Below, in pieces: positions 56,781 through 64,000 of a stretch of 64,000 bases of DNA. The DNA is from Trypanosoma brucei (Eukaryota). The translations under genes and the position numbers were made by a program. Each line of letters begins with the position of its first letter. Within the stretch, counting starts at the first letter, position 1. Below the pieces are notes generated by a model. It saw only the letters and a list, made by a program, of their open reading frames with translations. It was not told where the DNA came from and searched no databases. Where the stretch lies: the NCBI GenBank assembly GCA_000002445.1, contig CM000208.1, forward strand, positions 1,376,001-1,440,000. Direction: 5' to 3'.

Positions 56781-57745
56781 AGTGATATATATGGGACAAA
56801 TCCCTAAAGCTGTTGGCCGCACAACACGACACAACAGACAGCTCTCTTTCTGTATGAATAATACGTAGCGCACATAATTCTATCAACATCATCACCTTCA
56901 GTAGCAGTAGCGGAAGCAGCAGCGTTTGCGGCGGCAGGAAAAACAACAACAGTAATAATAATGGAGTGCACAATCAATGATTACACATGATGGTGTGCCC
57001 ATACGCGTAATAAACGTGCGGTGGAGGTAACGAGATGAAGAAAGCAATGATGTTTTTCTCTAACTCTATCACACTCCACTTCCATCATATTTGTAAATGT
57101 GATAAACGAACAACCGGCAACATAAACGAATATGCAAAATAATAATAAAACGAAATAAAACAGAGAACAGCCGTAAAGAAACGCACGATAATAACCGATC
57201 AAGGTAACGACACGCAGCTGCACAAGAAGTAACTACCAATATTCACATTGTATTATACAACATGGCAGAGGGAGGTAAGTCATATGTTACCACATTCACC
57301 CGAGATTACACACATCACACCACTTCCCAAAACTCCTTTCGCGCGCTTTCATTCTTTTGTGCCACGCCATCACATTCCACAACACTATGGCTGCACGATT
57401 GCCTCGTGTTGTAAAAGAAAAAAAAAATACGCGCGGGTCACTCATTCATGACACTTTCGAGGGAAAATAACGAACACAACATGTGAAAAGTGCTCATATT
57501 ATCAAAGGGACACATAAGTATACAAAGAAATCAACAAAGCGTACTTCGGTTTTGCGCGGAACTGATGAAGCGTTTGTATCCATGTGATAGGTAAATAAAT
57601 AAATTAAATAAATCAAATAGTTGAATTGCGACCGTTTCTTACTCCCTACCTGCCAAAACAAATACATCATCTCCTCCTTTTCCCTTCCCCCCCCAAACTC
57701 CACTACACAGTGCATCAAGCGTATCCTTAAGTGAGAACATTCTCG

Positions 57746-59476
57746 TTACTTTGATAGCATTGGGGCGAAAGTAAAATAAATTCCTGCTACCCACACAAAG
57801 AGACTAAAAATAATGTACGCGTACCACCTGCAGTCGAAGGGGTTATCGGGGAATGTACAAAATATTTTCATGTAGTCACAAAAAGAAAGTTCTGCGCTCA
57901 CACCATCAACATCAGTACTGCTACGTGCATTTTCCACACGCTCGGTGAAAATGGCGAGGAGAGCGGGAAGCGTTACCATAAGGTGTATGCCAGTAAATGC
58001 CCCCAAGAAACCAGCGAAAAGGCTAACAGTCTCCGCACCAATACTTGCGGCGATGGCTCCAACAAAAATGTTAAAGGTTACGCGAACCATCACAAACATC
58101 GATTTCTCTCTGTGAAGCTCAATGCCCAACGCCCTGTCTAGTAACTGTATGGCTGGCACAAACTGGATAGGGTAGCCAAAAATGAGACTCAATCCGAGCA
58201 GCACTTGCATGAGCACCTTCATTGTGCTGGCTGGCATCGCGAGTACCACCGATGACTCCAACGCTTCCCCATAAGCTAAATAACCAAGAACACCAAAGAA
58301 AACATATAGTGCAACAATGGAGGCGTTAACGTACTTTACCACTTTTTCAAACTTCGGGTAGTCTTCGGGAGAAATGCTGTTTTCTACAGGAAGAACCACA
58401 CCAATACCTTCTAGGGAAAACACGTGGCCCGAAATAAAGAGAAATATGCGCATTGTCGGCACAATTGCCCACACTTCAGGAGCCACACCGGTTGTTGAAA
58501 GGGAACACACCTCTTCGGCTGTTGCTCCCGCAAGCACCACCATAACAAACACCGCTGCAATCATTGACATGTACGCCAGGAAACCCAGGCGATGCGAAAC
58601 AAAGGTCATGAATGTCACCACCACAATACTAATAAAAACGAACAGTTTGTACAAGTCATGACCGGTAAAGAACTCTGCAAACAGTGATGAGGCATACTGT
58701 ATGTACACTACACAAAACCCAAACTGTGTAAACAACAGTGAAAACTTGGCAAAGTGCATCCACAACTTTCCCAATACATACTTTACCACGGCCGGGTAGG
58801 TACGTGCACCTGTGTGGCCAATAATTTGCTTGGCACGAATAAGAGCCAACACACAGTCAATGATTAACCATCCCATCAGCACAACAACTACCCCGCCCAG
58901 AGCATATCCGGCGTCTCGGTAATAAGCTGGAAGAAGAAAAACACCCGTACCCACATTTCCCTTGAATATGTGAAAGGCAGCACGACCCAGCGAGGTGTAC
59001 GATTGTCCGCTGCTGGGGACGAAGGTGCCACTCCGAAAGGAGCACTCCAACGCGTCTGTTAATTGCGGTCCAAGAGAGTGTCTGTCCAACTCGTCACAAT
59101 CCTGTACACTGCCATATGTGAAACGGGTAAATCCGTCACCAACTGATGCCAAATCACTACCCCTTGAAGAACTTGGCCCAACCCTTTCTTTAGCACACCC
59201 CGGCGTTAGTGGTTGATCGAGCGATTCACCACTAAAGCGTTCCCCTTGGGACACTTCTCGAGGGGTTGCAGTTATTTTCGGACTTTTGAGTTGTGGTGAA
59301 AGCGACAGACGCGAATCAGCGGGTTGGGTTTGCGACGGTGACGCCACAGTTCGTGCTGAGGCAGCGCCTGAAATAAGAGTTCCACTTCTGGAAATGTCGG
59401 CGCCTTCCCCTTCCGGTTGAAAAATGGCGTCAACGGGTACCTCATATGGGGGGTGAATACCCTCACGACTTGTCAT
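57746..59476 (-). CDS. Amino acid transporter (AAAP/AAT family permease) with a hydrophilic N-terminal tail of about 150 aa.
   Basis: About 11 hydrophobic segments after the Ser/Pro-rich N-terminus. Conserved AAAP-like start of the core (FKGNVGTGVFLLPAYY). 576 aa. ATG confirmed at 59476. Confidence 0.8.
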   Translation of the reverse strand: MTSREGIHPPYEVPVDAIFQPEGEGADISRSGTLISGAASARTVASPSQTQPADSRLSLSPQLKSPKITATPREVSQGERFSGESLDQPLTPGCAKERVGPSSSRGSDLASVGDGFTRFTYGSVQDCDELDRHSLGPQLTDALECSFRSGTFVPSSGQSYTSLGRAAFHIFKGNVGTGVFLLPAYYRDAGYALGGVVVVLMGWLIIDCVLALIRAKQIIGHTGARTYPAVVKYVLGKLWMHFAKFSLLFTQFGFCVVYIQYASSLFAEFFTGHDLYKLFVFISIVVVTFMTFVSHRLGFLAYMSMIAAVFVMVVLAGATAEEVCSLSTTGVAPEVWAIVPTMRIFLFISGHVFSLEGIGVVLPVENSISPEDYPKFEKVVKYVNASIVALYVFFGVLGYLAYGEALESSVVLAMPASTMKVLMQVLLGLSLIFGYPIQFVPAIQLLDRALGIELHREKSMFVMVRVTFNIFVGAIAASIGAETVSLFAGFLGAFTGIHLMVTLPALLAIFTERVENARSSTDVDGVSAELSFCDYMKIFCTFPDNPFDCRWYAYIIFSLFVWVAGIYFTFAPMLSK

Positions 59477-59502
59477 TGTGCGAAGTAAGTTAAGTGTATT
59501 AC

Positions 59503-59520
59503 AAAACTAAACAATAATAA
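59503..59520. repeat. (AAT)6 trinucleotide repeat.
   Basis: aataataataataataat read directly. Confidence 0.8.
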
Positions 59521-60113
59521 TAATAATAATCACTACTATCGTTGTTATCGTTATTTATTGCGATTGTTGCGAAACCACCAGCCAGTTTATATGGGTATAT
59601 TTGTGAGGTTTTTCCTCAAAGCTCCGCTACTGCTGCTACAACCTGAGCACGCTGTGGGCTACACCACCAACACAAGTACGCAGACACACAAACGAGCTGC
59701 AGCTACTACCAAAGAAATGAGGGAAAAAAGGAAAATACAGAACTTTAGCTCATTTCTGGGCAAGGAGCCAACACAAGTCGCATTCTCCTCATGTGAATGC
59801 CAAGTACTTTGGGAAGCCGGAGGCGAAACAAAAGTGGTGTACCACTTAACCTTCTCGGCTTTTCTCTTTAACGCCTGCGCACCTCTTGTGTGATTTCATT
59901 TGGAAACATCTCAACCGATCTAATACATTAAGTGGGTTTTGGTGCAGAGGAATTGATCAAGATAGAGTGAGCCAAGGGAGCTGTGTTTTAAAAAAAAAAG
60001 GAGAGAGAAAACAAGACCAAAGCACAATAGTAACGACCACAGAAAACATGTTCTCCCCTTTACCTTTTTCTTACTATTTTTCAACTTGCTACCCATGCCA
60101 ACGTGCCCCAACC

Positions 60114-61724
60114 TCACAAAACTTTTGAGTGTGATATCACCGCAGGAAGTGAAATCCGCAATGCTTCGAATGCCCTCGGATGTTGCAAGATGACCGCCCG
60201 ACATGCCACATCGTTCCCAAACCCCCACAGAGCTTGGCTACCATCGAGAAGAATACGATCCACATCTTTGTGCTTGAGCATAATATCAACCAGTAGACCC
60301 GTGATGACGGAAACTCCTTTTGATCCACCACCCATGCCAACATCCCGCGACGTCACATACATGTTCACCGCCCTCGGGTTTTGGGCTATGAAACCAAGGA
60401 AACGCATGACAACCTCCATTAAAAGGACGTTATCCTTTCTCTCCTGCGCCAACCGCACAAGGTGTGCAATTACGCCTTGGCCGACAAGTATCTCAGCATT
60501 GCGAAGATTCGTCGCTATAAGGGAGTTAAAAAAGGCGAAGCCGAACTTCTGCAACATAACTGTTCCTTTAAATGTACGTAGCGTTGAGTGAACCAACGTC
60601 AGGGCACGCTCTTCGACGTCCCTTTCAAAATCTAGTTTGTCATTTCCCGAGCAGATGTTGTGCAAGAAGAGGGTAGCATGTTCTGCGATCTGTTCATTCT
60701 TCGGGAATTTTTCCATAGCATCAAGAATCATTCCAAGGGACTTTCCTCCACCGAGACACAGACGTATCAACTCTTCCGAGAAACTAATGTTCCACAGAGC
60801 TTTAATGCACGCAAACACCACTTCCTCGTCATCAATGAAGATATCCAATGCATTAAGAATTGCTTGTGCACCACCTTCTCTTACAAGTGTATTCAGAATC
60901 TCCCGCTGTGCCGCGTGCTCACACAGTTTCAGAATGGTTTCCCGAGTAATTGCACGGCTCTTAAAGTTCGCGGTGATGGAAAGAATCCGTGTGATATCAT
61001 TCTTGACGTACCATGTATTCCACACTTCCTCAAAAGTTTGGTTCCGATTGATGGACCACAATTGTTTGTTCGCAAAGAGGTGTTTAACAATGGCAGTTAT
61101 GGACACCACATGATTGACGATGCCAGTGCGTGGATGGCGGACTTGCGACTGGAGTCCAATGAGCTGACCGCGGTCATTAAATGCTGGACAACCCGCAGTT
61201 CGCACATCCCTGGTCGTTTTGAGGTAAAACAAGTCATCACGGTGACGGAGCACCTCAACAAACCTCTTCATCACTAAAGGAGGATCTGCACTACCAGCAG
61301 CCGGCGCTATGTCCCCGACTTCCGGATCCGCCTTACCCGAGTCACTGCTCTCTGCGGGATGCTGCACGACCAAAATGATATCCCCTTCAGTCACAGGGGC
61401 CCATTGATCTTTCGTCAAGGGTATTGTGACGGGTACGACATTAAGAAGACCAGCCTCCTCACAGGCCACCAAGCAGTAGTCCATGTACTCGGGGTATGCT
61501 GCGGCAAAAAAGTACTTTTGCGGTAGCAATTTTACTTCAACAGGTTTCTTCTTGGTGCCCTCAAAGAAAATGGCGGTCAGTGAAGCGCACGCGTCAGCTG
61601 TTCCTACGACATGCGTGGAAGTAAGAAGCATCCCCGGTGAGACAAGAGTGGCTGTGCCCTTTTCCGGGATGCGACAAACGGCAGGAATATTGTGAACATT
61701 GCTAGTTGTAAGAATTGTGGCCAT
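60114..61724 (-). CDS. Protein with an N-terminal trypsin-like (chymotrypsin-fold, DegP/Trypsin_2-like) domain fused to C-terminal armadillo/HEAT-like repeats. The nucleophile position appears substituted.
   Basis: GTATLVSPGMLLTSTHVVG matches the His region. DYCLVA matches the Asp region. RTAGCPAFNDRGQLIGLQS aligns with the GNSGGPLLNLDGEVIGI Ser region, with Ala at the Ser position and an adjacent Cys. ARM-like repeats follow from about aa 230 (EGGAQAILNALD...ACIKALWNISFSE...). ATG confirmed at 61724. Confidence 0.6.
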   Translation of the reverse strand: MATILTTSNVHNIPAVCRIPEKGTATLVSPGMLLTSTHVVGTADACASLTAIFFEGTKKKPVEVKLLPQKYFFAAAYPEYMDYCLVACEEAGLLNVVPVTIPLTKDQWAPVTEGDIILVVQHPAESSDSGKADPEVGDIAPAAGSADPPLVMKRFVEVLRHRDDLFYLKTTRDVRTAGCPAFNDRGQLIGLQSQVRHPRTGIVNHVVSITAIVKHLFANKQLWSINRNQTFEEVWNTWYVKNDITRILSITANFKSRAITRETILKLCEHAAQREILNTLVREGGAQAILNALDIFIDDEEVVFACIKALWNISFSEELIRLCLGGGKSLGMILDAMEKFPKNEQIAEHATLFLHNICSGNDKLDFERDVEERALTLVHSTLRTFKGTVMLQKFGFAFFNSLIATNLRNAEILVGQGVIAHLVRLAQERKDNVLLMEVVMRFLGFIAQNPRAVNMYVTSRDVGMGGGSKGVSVITGLLVDIMLKHKDVDRILLDGSQALWGFGNDVACRAVILQHPRAFEALRISLPAVISHSKVL

Positions 61725-61848
61725 TTTGTTGTTGATGTTGTCTCACTTTCTTCTATCCTGCTTTTTCCCCCTAGAGTAAATGTCCAGTTTTGTTTTGCTT
61801 TTCTGTAGAATAGGTGCCTCCCGGCTATGTGCGGGAACGCAAAATAAA

Positions 61849-61872
61849 AATAATGATAATAATAATAATAGA
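61849..61872. repeat. (ATA/AAT)n repeat.
   Basis: aataatgataataataataatag read directly. Confidence 0.75.
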
Positions 61873-62369
61873 AGGACGGAAAAGGCAACTTGCATCAAAC
61901 CAAGCAACAGGGGAGGAGAATAACAGGGGCGAAAGAAAATCCTTAGCAGCGATGACGGCACCCAACACCGGAAATTCCCCCCCCCCCCATGTTTTCAACC
62001 GCATCCACATCCATCGCGACCGCCACACCCAACACATGCTCGAGAAGAACTGTCATTTCGCCGGGGTCAGAAGAAAAGTAACTAATATATATATATATAT
62101 GTCCAGAAAACTAACTTCAAACTGACTGCATTCCATACCGCCCAATCCATAAGAGGAGCTGTTGCCGTTTTTCAACATTTCCACTACCGTATCGCCCTGG
62201 GATGTGATATCAAAGATATCACAACAGAACCGTACGGCCACCTAAGACGGGTATGAGCGCAGAGGCGTTTACAACGGGGAGTCAAACAACTGGGAAAAGA
62301 TGACAACATCATAAAGTGAAGTAAATACAAAGGTAGAAGTCTATGGAAAACGTAACTTCGTTAACAAAC

Positions 62370-62783
62370 CTAAAGTTGGTTTTCACACCACGGATACAAA
62401 GATGCACCAGAACGTCTAATTCCCTTCGCGGCCACCGCTATGCGGCGAAGCAGCAACCCTTCCTTTTGCATGAATTCCTCTCGACGCCGCAAAGCCGCAG
62501 TAATCCCACCCCAACACCTTTCCCCTCCCGCCTCCCTAAGGAGTGCCAATAAATGTTCATTCCTGCAATTGCGCGCATCACCATCACCATCACCAACAAC
62601 GTGGCGCAACATGAAATCGTACTGCTCGAATGTCCATTTACCACCACTGGCAGCAACACGCTCGGACACAACACGTTGAAATGCAGTTGCCTCATCACAC
62701 ATCAGAAGCGTCCGCTGAAGGTGCTCCGTACATATAATCTCAACAACAGCGATATGACATTCAGCATTGGAAGGTCCCGCCAT
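62370..62783 (-). CDS. Small hypothetical protein (137 aa).
   Basis: ATG confirmed at 62783. No motif recognised. The protein is short, so coding status is uncertain. Confidence 0.3.
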   Translation of the reverse strand: MAGPSNAECHIAVVEIICTEHLQRTLLMCDEATAFQRVVSERVAASGGKWTFEQYDFMLRHVVGDGDGDARNCRNEHLLALLREAGGERCWGGITAALRRREEFMQKEGLLLRRIAVAAKGIRRSGASLYPWCENQL

Positions 62784-64000
62784 TATTTTTCAGTAACGTG
62801 GCAGTCACAACAACAAAAGAGAGTAAATTAATACAGAGGGGGGGGGCTCCACCACCTAATTCGTAGCAACATTGTATGTTCGTAGAATGTAGTGATAAGG
62901 AAAAAAAAAGGAAGAAATATTATAAAAGGTCACGGAATCGGGGGAAATAATTCAGGTTGAGGTATAAAACACTCCTACACACAATGAGATCATGAGGGTT
63001 CCGTGGAAAAAAAAAACGCATAGTCCACCGAGGAAAAACACGAACAAGTAAGCATAATCGGCACCAACGCCACCGTTATTGTTGTGATTTTTCTTTTCTC
63101 CCCCTCCATTTCATATTGGTACTCCCTTCCTCCACCTTCTTCGTTACTGAAATTCACATTATTTAATAATATGATTAGTGGACCTGAGTAGTATTTTTAA
63201 AGGAAAGCAAGATGAACAGATCGAAAAGTATAAGAAAAAGGAAAAAGAAGAAAAGGGGAGAAAGAGAAGAAAAAAAGCGAAGGAAGGGGGAAAAGAAGGG
63301 TTCCCTGCGAAAAAAAAAAGAATGAGTGACACCAATCAACAACAATAACCTGTTCAATTTAGGAGCACAGAGTGGAGAGGTTACACGAGTTTTCCACTCC
63401 ATTCCTTTCCTTATTATTTTTTTTTCTGCCGGGAGCCGTGCGTCAACGCCATGATCACGTGTTACTGCATCGTCAGGGACCATTGCATCCACGAAAAGAA
63501 AGGAAATGAAGCGACTTTTTCGTCGAAAAGTTGATTTTAAACCCTCCTCCCTCCCCTTCTATTCAATTTTGATTCCCTTTCCTCTGTATTTTTTTTCAAA
63601 TTCCTTACCTTTTTTCTTTCGTTTTTGTTGCTGACGTCGCTTTCACTCTTCTTCAAAGTAAATTAAAATGGCAACTAATATGTACCAAAGAGGAAGCAAC
63701 GTTGAGCGAGTTTCAAAATATTTTTGTTTTTTTTTATTTATTCCGAGCAATTTTACATTCTTTTCCTCCCCACACCTTTGTTTTCCCCTTCACCTCCCCA
63801 AAGTCTGCTTTTCTTTTCCTTTTCCTTCCCGCACATCTGGCCTGTCGGAGTTGAGTCCATCGTGACTCCTCTTTTTTTTTTCCCCCCCCCCTGCACTTGC
63901 GCATTCACTGGTAAACAGTGATTAAATATTTTTATAAAAAAACCCTGGTATATATAACTTCTTCATACACTTTGATGTTTCCCACAAACACACAAACACA

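Overview
The window reads as trypanosomatid nuclear DNA, most consistent with Trypanosoma brucei. The evidence is intron-less genes packed head-to-tail, T/C-rich intergenic tracts on the coding strand, (TA)n and (GT)n microsatellites, and a glycosomal-type aldolase with an N-terminal PTS2 whose sequence matches my recall of T. brucei ALD. Two polycistronic transcription units converge in the window. One is a plus-strand unit from about 0.6 to 45.9 kb with 24 predicted genes. The other is a minus-strand unit from about 47.4 to 62.8 kb with 8 genes. They meet at a convergent strand-switch region at about 45.9-47.4 kb where I found no tRNA. The provided ORF track used alternative start codons (TTG/GTG/CTG), so I re-anchored coding starts on in-frame ATGs and trimmed pyrimidine-tract read-through at 5' ends.

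Recognisable products are listed below. Plus strand:
- HOP1-like HORMA protein
- inositol polyphosphate 5-phosphatase
- MEMO1-like protein
- a CorA/Mrs2-like protein with a degenerate GMN motif
- a GT22 mannosyltransferase, likely GPI10
- a PP2C phosphatase
- ribosomal protein S9
- fructose-bisphosphate aldolase
- a DnaJ-domain membrane protein
- the NatA auxiliary subunit NAA15

Minus strand:
- a TMEM222/DUF778 protein
- a LigB-type extradiol dioxygenase
- an adenylate kinase ending in -SKL
- VCP/CDC48
- an amino-acid permease
- a trypsin-like domain fused to ARM repeats

The most unusual locus lies at the distal end of the plus-strand unit, just before the strand switch. It is a cluster of four surface or secreted protein genes. 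Two are divergent tandem paralogs of about 390 aa. The other two are small GPI-anchor-type genes that are near-identical in their flanks, signal peptide and C-terminal half but carry a strongly diverged stretch of about 60 aa in the exposed N-terminal domain. I see no prokaryotic features (CRISPR, operons, IS elements).
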